Assembly (NCBI GenBank): GCA_964014485.1
Contig: CAXHAT010000134.1
Location: 1-22,899, forward strand
Direction of reading: 5' to 3'
Source of the DNA: an uncultured Deferribacteres bacterium
Lineage (GTDB): Bacteria > Zhuqueibacterota > Zhuqueibacteria > Zhuqueibacterales > Geothermadaptataceae
Length of the DNA stretch: 22,899 nt
The translations under genes and the position numbers were made by a program. Shown piece by piece: positions 10,063 through 17,240 of this stretch; position 1 is the stretch's first letter, and each line of letters starts with the position of its first letter. The notes beneath the pieces are model-generated. The model saw nothing but the letters and a program-made list of their open reading frames with translations. It did no database searches and was not told the origin of the DNA.

Positions 10063-11277
10063 ATGGCAGCCCAATATACAATCCGAAAACTGTGCTTGCC
10101 GACCAAACATTTGCTTGGCGCGGAACTTGGTAAAAACGCCGCCGCTCGCGTCGATGAATTTGAGCAATTTTATAAAAACCATACGACCACGCTCAAAATT
10201 AAAGCCAAAAACGGCGAGATACCGTCCCGGTTTTTCGCGACACTCTCCTTACGCCAAATTCGTTGCTGGCAGCGAGATGCAAATGTCGCTTATATTTTTA
10301 CCAACGAGCAAACGCTGACGGAATGGAGTCGGAAACAGTCATTTTATTCTGCTGAGGAAGAAGCGTTTCTCACTGAATTGCGAGGATTTCTCAAACGTGT
10401 CAATCGGCGGACGTTTGAGATGCTGAACGAACGCTACATCTTCAAATTTGGCGGCCCAACGCGAATCATGGGCGTGCTGAACGTGACGCCCGATTCATTT
10501 CATGACGGCGGGGAAAATTTTTCTGATGCGGCGCAAGCAATCCGGCGCGGGGTGGCAATGGCGGCCAGCGGCGCGGATATTATTGACGTTGGCGGCGAAT
10601 CGACCCGCCCCGGCGCTTTGCCGGTGGATGAAGCTGAGGAAGCACAACGCGTCGTTCCCGTCATTCAAGGTTTGGCGGAAGAAGTCAACGTCCCCATTTC
10701 AATCGACACCTACAAATCTCACGTTGCAGAAGCGGCGATTCAGGCCGGCGCTACCATCATCAACGACATTAGCGGCCTACAATTTGACCCCCAGATGCCG
10801 GAAGTCTTAAAACACTATGGCGCGCCGCTCATCATGATGCACATCAAAGGCGAGCCGCGAAACATGCAGCTCAATCCGACCTATGAAAACCTCATGGACG
10901 AGTTGTACGAGTATTTCGAGGAGCGCATCGTTTTTGCTGTTTCTCGAGGTGTTGATCGTGCAAAAATCATCATCGACCCCGGCCTCGGCTTTGGCAAAAG
11001 GTTGTGGGACAATTATGAAATTGTTCAGCGGCTCTCAGAATTTAAAGGGCTGGGGTGCCCCGTGATGATCGGGCCTTCGAGAAAGTCGTTCATCGGCAAA
11101 GTATTGGAGTTGCCGCCGGAAGAGCGGCTAGAAGGGACGGCCGGGTTTGTTGCCGCCGCCGTTGGAAACAGCCACATTGTGCGCGTGCATGACGTAAAGG
11201 AAATGTTGCGCGTTGTGCAAATCGCTGATCTGCTCGCCGGAAATGTCATCGTTGAAAGCCAGGAGTTACAGCGATGA
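10063..11277 (+). CDS. folP: Dihydropteroate synthase with ~125-aa N-terminal extension
   Basis: IMGVLNVTPDSFHDGG, IDVGGESTRPG, SIDT, INDISG, IDPGLGFGK, SRKSFIG, VRVHDV. The exact start is uncertain. Confidence 0.93.
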   Translation: MAAQYTIRKLCLPTKHLLGAELGKNAAARVDEFEQFYKNHTTTLKIKAKNGEIPSRFFATLSLRQIRCWQRDANVAYIFTNEQTLTEWSRKQSFYSAEEEAFLTELRGFLKRVNRRTFEMLNERYIFKFGGPTRIMGVLNVTPDSFHDGGENFSDAAQAIRRGVAMAASGADIIDVGGESTRPGALPVDEAEEAQRVVPVIQGLAEEVNVPISIDTYKSHVAEAAIQAGATIINDISGLQFDPQMPEVLKHYGAPLIMMHIKGEPRNMQLNPTYENLMDELYEYFEERIVFAVSRGVDRAKIIIDPGLGFGKRLWDNYEIVQRLSEFKGLGCPVMIGPSRKSFIGKVLELPPEERLEGTAGFVAAAVGNSHIVRVHDVKEMLRVVQIADLLAGNVIVESQELQR

Positions 11278-12059
11278 CGCAACGGTTCACGCTATTTGAA
11301 GTTTTTTTTATTGAAGTCACGCTGATTGACCTGTTGGACGTCCTCGTCATTTCGTTTGTACTTTACCGGCTGTACTTTTTTTTGCGAGGCTCCCGCGCTG
11401 CACAAATGGCCGTCGGTTTGATCTTGATTCTCGTGTTTTCGCAAATCGCTCAATTGTTCAACATGGTTGGCATGAGCTGGCTGTTCCAAAACTTACAGAC
11501 CGTCTGGCTGATCGCTTTTGTCGTGCTTTTTCAGCCGGAGCTTAGGCGCATGTTGACGCATTTGGGGCAGAACAGGCTGGTTCGACTTTTTATTAAAGTC
11601 ACTGCGCCAAAACTGATAGATGAAATCATGCGCGCCGTCGGCACCTTGGCGAAGCACAGCTACGGCGGGCTGATTGTGATGATCCGAAAAACCGGGATCA
11701 AAAACGTCATCGACACCGGCGTGCGGTTGCAGGCGGAAGTCTCGGCGCAATTGCTCATTTCCATTTTCAACCCGCGCTCTCCTCTCCACGATGGCGCGAT
11801 TGTTATCCAGGATGAAGTTGTTGAGGCTGCGAAGTGCATTCTGCCGCTGAGCGACGACGATGACCTGGATGAAGAATTGGGCACCCGCCATCGCGCCGGG
11901 CTAGGCATTTCGCAAGAATCCGACGCATTTGTCATCATAATTTCAGAAGAGCGGGGCACGGTCAGCGTTGCCCACAACGGCAAATTGTTGCGCGATCTGC
12001 CGCTGGATAAAGTTCGGGAAATGCTGAGCCACGCCATGAATGTCGCGCCTGCGTCTTAG
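11274..12059 (+). CDS. cdaA: Membrane-bound diadenylate cyclase (CdaA/DacA, TIGR00159-like)
   Basis: Three N-terminal TM helices, FQPELRR, PLHDGA and GTRHRAG catalytic motifs, SEERG. ATGA overlap with the folP stop. Confidence 0.95.
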   Translation: MTQRFTLFEVFFIEVTLIDLLDVLVISFVLYRLYFFLRGSRAAQMAVGLILILVFSQIAQLFNMVGMSWLFQNLQTVWLIAFVVLFQPELRRMLTHLGQNRLVRLFIKVTAPKLIDEIMRAVGTLAKHSYGGLIVMIRKTGIKNVIDTGVRLQAEVSAQLLISIFNPRSPLHDGAIVIQDEVVEAAKCILPLSDDDDLDEELGTRHRAGLGISQESDAFVIIISEERGTVSVAHNGKLLRDLPLDKVREMLSHAMNVAPAS

Positions 12060-12130
12060 TCGTTATTTGGAAAGCATTGCGGGAAAAGTCGAATGCTCCG
12101 CTGCTAAACAGCTACAAATTGTCATTAAAA

Positions 12131-13147
12131 ATGCAACGATCCTTTTTAAATATTGACCTGGCCGCGATTAAAACCAGGCGCGAAAATCTGCGAAAATACT
12201 CATGCTCCTGGGGCGGCGATAATGACGACGCCCGTGGCCGCGCATTGCTTAAATCCATCCAGGATTACGGCGTTATGCAGCCGGTTACGCTTATTCAGGA
12301 AACACCGAACTCGTTCTTCATCGTCGACGGCTGGAAGAGAATTGCCGCCTTAAAAATACTGGAGCGCAAAGAAATTCCTGCTCAAACGATTCGGGCTGAT
12401 GATTCTTTTTCTAAAGAATCGAAGGCGCACTGGCTCGAATTGAACCGCCATACGCGCGTTATAAATCCGATGGAAAAGGCGTTTTTCCTAAGCAGTTTTT
12501 TGCAGGCGAACGGCGGCGATTCTAGAAAAGTCGCACAGGACTGGGCGGAAAAACTCGAAATTCCCAAAACCGCTGACGCAGTGGAAGATTTTGCCGGATT
12601 TGCAGAACTTCCTGCGGAAATCCAAAATGCTTTGGCAAATTCCGAACTGGCTCCGCACACTGCCATTCTGCTCGCGCGTTTGCAAAAGCAAGATCAACAA
12701 AAACTGTTCAGCGAAGTGCTGCAAAAATGCCGATTCTCGGTCAGCGAAAGCCGCGTTATCGTCGAGCGAATTTTGGACTTGAGCGTTATCGAAGACGCCC
12801 GCGTTAGCGAACTCGTTTCGAACAGGAAGTTTCAGGAAATTCTCTCCAGCAACAGTCTCGCGCCCAAGGAAAAGGGCAGGAAACTTTGGACGTTAGTACA
12901 AGCGTTGCGGTTTCCTGAACGTGAAAAACGGCTGCGTGATATTCGACAAGAATGTGAAAACGTCGCCGCTGCTTCCAACGGCGAAATGACGATTCGCCCG
13001 CCAAAGAACTTTGAATCAGGTGCTCTTCAATTAACGATCACTCTGGTCCAAAATCAAAGTTTGACCGAGGTGAAACGCGCCTTTGACGAGAGAAAAACTC
13101 AAGCTTCAATTGAAAAAATCCGGCGATTGTTGGGGGGCGACAATTGA
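12131..13147 (+). CDS. ParB/Srx-family N-terminal-domain protein (orphan ParB-like)
   Basis: LLKSIQDYGVMQPV...IVDGWKRIAA...EIP...NRHTRVINPMEKA and LPAEIQNAL...LAPHTAILL follow the ParB pattern. Start at ATG 12131 is uncertain (ORF open from 12077). Confidence 0.8.
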   Translation: MQRSFLNIDLAAIKTRRENLRKYSCSWGGDNDDARGRALLKSIQDYGVMQPVTLIQETPNSFFIVDGWKRIAALKILERKEIPAQTIRADDSFSKESKAHWLELNRHTRVINPMEKAFFLSSFLQANGGDSRKVAQDWAEKLEIPKTADAVEDFAGFAELPAEIQNALANSELAPHTAILLARLQKQDQQKLFSEVLQKCRFSVSESRVIVERILDLSVIEDARVSELVSNRKFQEILSSNSLAPKEKGRKLWTLVQALRFPEREKRLRDIRQECENVAAASNGEMTIRPPKNFESGALQLTITLVQNQSLTEVKRAFDERKTQASIEKIRRLLGGDN

Positions 13148-14229
13148 AGGATTTTCAACCAAAATGGCTGCGGATCGAGAAGCGCGCGCTCGATTATCCG
13201 GCGGCGCAAGACATTCTCGAAAAATGCGCCGACGTAGCGGTCGACTACATTGACGATTGGAAGACTCAGGCCGGACGCGGTTTCAGTATCAATCAGCGTT
13301 TCAAGGATGAGAAAAACGGCATCATTTTGGCGGTAAAAGACGGCGCTCTGGTCAAGTCGGTGGATCGCGATCTTTACCGCGAAAACCCGAACGAATTCTA
13401 CATCATCCACTCCATGGGCTGCCCCTATGATTGCCAGTATTGTTTTTTATTCGATTATCTGGACAATCAAATTCCGACTATCTTTGTCAATATTGACGAC
13501 ATTTTGCGCGCCGTTGAAACAACAGTAAATTCAGAAGATTTTCAGACAAAAACAGCACTACACCCGGGGGTTTTTCACGCGGGGGAGTTCTCCGACGCGC
13601 TGGCGTTTGACCATCTCACCAATCTCTCGGCGCCGTTGGTGCAATTGTTCGGGCGGCTCGAAAACGCACGGCTCGAGTTGCGCACCAAAAGCGATAATAT
13701 CGAGAATCTGCTGGATTTGGAGCATCGCGGGAAGACCACTGTTTCCTGGACTTTTTCGCCGCAAGCAACCGCCAAAAACATTGAATTTCACACCGCGAGT
13801 CTGGACGAACGGATTGCCGCGGCGAAACGCTGCCAGGAGGCGGGTTACCCGATTGGGCTTCGCTTCGATCCAATTGTTTATTTTGATGATTGGGAAAATG
13901 GTTTTGAAGACATGATTTTGTGCATTTTCGCCGAGCTTGATCCGGCGGGAATTCAAGATTGCTCGCTCGGCATATACCGCGCAACCCCCGGTTTGAACAA
14001 CATTGTGCGGCGGCGATTCCCGCGTTCAAAACTTCATCTTGGCGAAATGGAGCAAGCCGGTGACGGCAAGTATCGCTACATTCGTCCCGTCCGTGTGAGG
14101 ATGCTCAAGAAAATCTCCGCCTTGCTGCGCTCATGCGCGCCGAATCTCAAAATTGAGCTTTGCATGGAATCGCCGGAGGTGGAAGGGGCGCTTTTACCGC
14201 ATATTGAAAGGGGTGAAGTTTCACCGTAA
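13144..14229 (+). CDS. Spore photoproduct lyase (SplB)-like radical SAM protein
   Basis: CxxxCxxC motif GCPYDCQYC, then FVNIDDIL, SD..AFDHLT, LRTKS, LLDLEHRGKT, SLDERIAAA..CQEAGYPIG..FDPI, KYRY and LCMES, all resembling SplB. The TTG start overlaps the ParB-like stop (TTGA). Confidence 0.85.
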   Translation: MKDFQPKWLRIEKRALDYPAAQDILEKCADVAVDYIDDWKTQAGRGFSINQRFKDEKNGIILAVKDGALVKSVDRDLYRENPNEFYIIHSMGCPYDCQYCFLFDYLDNQIPTIFVNIDDILRAVETTVNSEDFQTKTALHPGVFHAGEFSDALAFDHLTNLSAPLVQLFGRLENARLELRTKSDNIENLLDLEHRGKTTVSWTFSPQATAKNIEFHTASLDERIAAAKRCQEAGYPIGLRFDPIVYFDDWENGFEDMILCIFAELDPAGIQDCSLGIYRATPGLNNIVRRRFPRSKLHLGEMEQAGDGKYRYIRPVRVRMLKKISALLRSCAPNLKIELCMESPEVEGALLPHIERGEVSP

Positions 14230-14242
14230 ATGTCCCGGGGGT

Positions 14243-14280
14243 GCTTTCAAACTGCTTTTTGAAGGCAGTCTCCTGAAAGC
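14243..14280. terminator. Interrupted hairpin between convergent SplB-like gene and brnA
   Basis: GCTTTCA/TGAAAGC outer stem and ACTGCTTT/AAGGCAGT inner stem. No strong U-tract. Confidence 0.4.
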
Positions 14281-14290
14281 TGTACTCAAT

Positions 14291-14566
14291 TTAAACTCGC
14301 TGGAGTTCCTTATCAATGCGTTCTTTGAGAAAGATTTTTATCAAAGATTGATACGGAACATCCCGCTTGTGCGCGATAACGCGTAGCTCATTCAGCATAA
14401 ATTCCGGCAAGCGTAGGGAAATCGTTTTCGTTGAAGGTTTCAACTTCGGGAAGGTTTGACGTTCAGCCCGATCCCAATGGACAAAATCTGTTGAATCGGC
14501 GTTTGCCCAAAATTCGCGTTCTTCTGATTCGGATTTAAACTCAGGGATTTCTTTTAATTCTTTCAT
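14291..14566 (-). CDS. BrnA/CopG-like antitoxin (ribbon-helix-helix)
   Basis: IPEFKSESEEREFW..DST N-terminus and KTISLRLP..L..IAHKRDVPYQSLIK RHH C-terminus. Overlaps the end of the upstream BrnT gene. Confidence 0.88.
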   Translation of the reverse strand: MKELKEIPEFKSESEEREFWANADSTDFVHWDRAERQTFPKLKPSTKTISLRLPEFMLNELRVIAHKRDVPYQSLIKIFLKERIDKELQRV

Positions 14567-14855
14567 AGTATTTCTTCTCTTCACGCTTAGTCATATCTCG
14601 AGCCGAGATCACTCGAATCAAAGTATTTCTTATAGCAAAGGAGATAAACAAAAAGCGGCTCTGATCAGTTCGCCCTAGAATGTAATATCGATTCTCCAAG
14701 GTGGAATGCTTTTCATCGTTCGAAACAATAAAAGGTCGATTAAAGAATACTTCTTCGCATTCGCTGTCGGTAACATCGTGGGATAGGTAGTTTTTGTTTG
14801 TATTCCCTTGATCCCAATCAAACCCTGTACACTGTTCCAGTATTTTTGGTGCCAT
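14541..14855 (-). CDS. BrnT family toxin (ribonuclease)
   Basis: GFDWD..N..KN..H.V...ECEEVF, HS..E.RY..LG.T and IRVISAR motifs. Start taken at ATG 14855. Confidence 0.9.
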   Translation of the reverse strand: MAPKILEQCTGFDWDQGNTNKNYLSHDVTDSECEEVFFNRPFIVSNDEKHSTLENRYYILGRTDQSRFLFISFAIRNTLIRVISARDMTKREEKKYYERIKRNP

Positions 14856-14858
14856 AAA

Positions 14859-14889
14859 GTATATAACAAAAATATACACGCCGTGGCAA
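14859..14889 (-). promoter_or_regulatory. Putative brnTA promoter with overlapping inverted-repeat operator
   Basis: Minus strand TTGCCA (14889-14884), then TG-T-TATATA. The inverted repeat GTATAT-N7-ATATAC (14859-14877) overlaps the -10 region, 3 bp from the ATG. Confidence 0.45.
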
Positions 14890-14994
14890 CACCTTTTTAA
14901 AACAGGCGAAAGAATAAGGCTTCAAAAGCTTTGAAAAATGATCGCTTCGAATACTGATGCTTCTAATCCAGGCAGCATTTTGATTTGCGCCGAC

Positions 14995-15507
14995 CTAATA
15001 TCGAGAATCATTGAGCAACGCGGATTTAACCCATTTCAGCGCTGCCTCAACATTGTTGAACGCTTCAATTTTTTCAGGAGCATGCCGCTCGAAGAGTTCC
15101 CTCGCTGAAACGTCAAAATTTAGCAGCCCAACCTTCTTTCCGGCCTTTAACGCAAGCGCAATTTCCGAGATTGTGCCGAGACCCGCACCGCACGCGATCA
15201 CAATATCGCTCGACAGCACGTTGATGTTGTTACGCGCGCTGCCCAGCCCGGTCAATATTGGAATATCAACAAAACGCGACATATTTTTCGCGTCTTCTCC
15301 GGGCAGAACGCCGACGACCAGACCTCCAGACGTTTTTGCTCCCCGGCTGACTGCATCCATGACGCCGGCGTTTCTTCCGCCCGACAAAACAACCCAGCCT
15401 TCTCGTGCGATTCCTTTTCCAAGCTCGAACGCGATATGTGTATCTTCTTTCGAAGCGCCCTCGCCCGGGCCCATCACGCCAATGATTGCTTTTCGTTTGA
15501 ACTTCAA
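14995..15507 (-). CDS. TIGR00725 family / LOG-SMF-like Rossmann-fold protein
   Basis: IIGVMG, ELGKGIAREGWVVLSGG..GVMDAVSRGA..GG..VGVLPG, TGLGSARNNINVLSSD, GTISEIALALK. TTG start at 15507 with AGGAG RBS at 15519-15515. Confidence 0.88.
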   Translation of the reverse strand: MKFKRKAIIGVMGPGEGASKEDTHIAFELGKGIAREGWVVLSGGRNAGVMDAVSRGAKTSGGLVVGVLPGEDAKNMSRFVDIPILTGLGSARNNINVLSSDIVIACGAGLGTISEIALALKAGKKVGLLNFDVSARELFERHAPEKIEAFNNVEAALKWVKSALLNDSRY

Positions 15508-15520
15508 TTTTGCGCTCCTA

Positions 15521-16207
15521 ATGAATGATAACGCCATCATTTCGATCATTATCCCCACCTTAAATGAAGCGAAATTTATCCGAAAAACGCTGAAAAAAGT
15601 GCAATCCCTACCTGGGAATTTTGAGTTCATTGTTGTCGATGGCAGAAGCTCAGACGGTACGGCGGAAGCGGTCGCGGAAACAGGCGTCAAGCTCGTTTCG
15701 ACTGCGCGCGGCAGAGGGCCGCAGATGAACGCGGGTGCATGCGCGGCTTCGGGAAATGTTTTGCTCTTTCTGCACGCTGATACGGCTCTGCCCGAAAACG
15801 CCTACGAATTAGTGCAAGATGCGCTGCAAAAGGAAGAAATCGGCGGCGGCTGTTTTCGGTTGAAATTTGACAGTCGTCGCCCAATGCTGCGTTTTTACTC
15901 ATTTTGCAGCCGCATTCCTTGTTCGTTTTTTCAGTACGGCGATTGCGCCTACTTTGTGCGCACCGAAATTTTTCAAGAGATCGGCGGCTTCAAATCCTTT
16001 CCATTGATGGAAGACGTCGATTTTTGGCGGCGGCTGAAAAAACGATGCAAAACGGTCGTTCTGCGTCAGGCGGTCACCGTTTCCGCCAGAAGATTTTTGA
16101 AGTACGGCGCCGTGCGTCAGCAATTACGTTCAGCTTTTCTGTTGCTGTTGTATCTGCTCGGAATTCATCCGACAAAACTGAAAAAATTCTATCCGGACGT
16201 TCGATAA
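15521..16207 (+). CDS. GT2 glycosyltransferase, TIGR04283-like (rSAM/selenodomain- or arsenosugar-associated family)
   Basis: ISIIIPTLNE, IVVDGRSSDGT, GRGPQMNAGA, LLFLHADT, YGD, GGF..PLMEDV, SARRF. True start taken as ATG 15521, not 15011. Confidence 0.85.
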   Translation: MNDNAIISIIIPTLNEAKFIRKTLKKVQSLPGNFEFIVVDGRSSDGTAEAVAETGVKLVSTARGRGPQMNAGACAASGNVLLFLHADTALPENAYELVQDALQKEEIGGGCFRLKFDSRRPMLRFYSFCSRIPCSFFQYGDCAYFVRTEIFQEIGGFKSFPLMEDVDFWRRLKKRCKTVVLRQAVTVSARRFLKYGAVRQQLRSAFLLLLYLLGIHPTKLKKFYPDVR

Positions 16208-16221
16208 TTTGGGAGAAGCGT

Positions 16222-17217
16222 ATGGCTGGAAAAACCGATTCATTGGTCAAGCCGAGTTTAGCGGAACTCATCATCTATCCTTTTCGCACGCTGTGGCACT
16301 GGACGCATTCGAATATCCACATGACCTGGCAGACATTGATCGTTTTGAAGTTTATGTTTATTCAGAAGCTTGGGCCGAACGTTTTGGATAAAACGCACGG
16401 TTGGGTGACCGGGGAAATGCGCGACGGCGAAGGCGCCGTGTGGTCCAAAAACATTGCGTACGCTTCAAAGCGCAAGGGAACCGGATTTTTGGCTGAGCCT
16501 GAAGAAGATCGTGTGATTGTTGAGCGTATTGGGAAGTTTCTGGCGGCAATGGTGCAGAAATCCGTCACTCAGGATGAAATACCGCAGGGACGAAAACGGC
16601 GCATGCCGCACGCCGTGAACTATATCCACGGGACGGTGCAATATAACGGATGCTACGCAATTTTCAATGATTTTAAAGATGCGATGGCGCACTTGTCGGA
16701 TCGTAAATTCGTGAAAGAAATGAAGCGCTTTGCACGCGAAGAAAATCGGGAGCTGACCATCGTTTTGCGCGAGCGCAAATATGACCCGACAGAGTACGCC
16801 TGGTTTTTGGCCTTTGTCCGCGCCTATTTGCCGTGGTACGCCAACGCCAATGGTCCGACCAAAAAGCGCGTTTTGCACGGCACGCCCAGTCCATACCCGG
16901 CGGTCAATCCGATCAACGGCGTTTGGATGCGGGACTTGCAGCGGCTTTATAACGGCGAACGCGAAACGCTGCTTTTGCCGCCGCTTGAACAAGGGAAATA
17001 TTTTCAGGGACAGTATCAAGGCTATCGCAAAACATACAACCTTGTGGAGCGGTTCCACGTTTGGGTGCAAGACTTGATTGTGCGCACGAAGGGATTTCAA
17101 GGCGCGCTCGTTTTTACCAAACGCGAAAAAATTGAGCCGGAAAATCTTATGAAATACAAAGAAAGCGGCGGCAAGTGGCGCTCCGGCTACGACGTGCCGA
17201 ATCCGTTTCGAAACTAA
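16222..17217 (+). CDS. Hypothetical protein (331 aa), family not recognised
   Basis: GGGAGA RBS at 16211-16216, ATG 14 bp after the GT stop, protein-like composition, and it fills the gap to the convergent gene. Confidence 0.8.
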   Translation: MAGKTDSLVKPSLAELIIYPFRTLWHWTHSNIHMTWQTLIVLKFMFIQKLGPNVLDKTHGWVTGEMRDGEGAVWSKNIAYASKRKGTGFLAEPEEDRVIVERIGKFLAAMVQKSVTQDEIPQGRKRRMPHAVNYIHGTVQYNGCYAIFNDFKDAMAHLSDRKFVKEMKRFAREENRELTIVLRERKYDPTEYAWFLAFVRAYLPWYANANGPTKKRVLHGTPSPYPAVNPINGVWMRDLQRLYNGERETLLLPPLEQGKYFQGQYQGYRKTYNLVERFHVWVQDLIVRTKGFQGALVFTKREKIEPENLMKYKESGGKWRSGYDVPNPFRN

Positions 17218-17240
17218 ATGGACACCCAGAGAGAAAATGA

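Noticed and set aside
14212..14225. GGTGAA-GT-TTCACC palindrome as a possible parS site
   Set aside because: It does not match the parS consensus TGTTNCACGTGAAACA (half-sites are inverted) and is short enough to occur by chance.
15011..15520. 170-codon N-terminal extension of the GT2 ORF (and the reciprocal 15508-15690 extension of the TIGR00725 ORF)
   Set aside because: Each is the antisense shadow of the opposite real gene. Conserved motifs begin right after 15521 and 15507.
15904..16221. Hypothetical-protein frame open 106 codons back into the GT2 gene (-1 frame), suggesting a frameshift fusion at CTG-AAA-AAA
   Set aside because: The heptamer is not a canonical X-XXY-YYZ in the GT frame, and the downstream gene has its own GGGAGA RBS and ATG.
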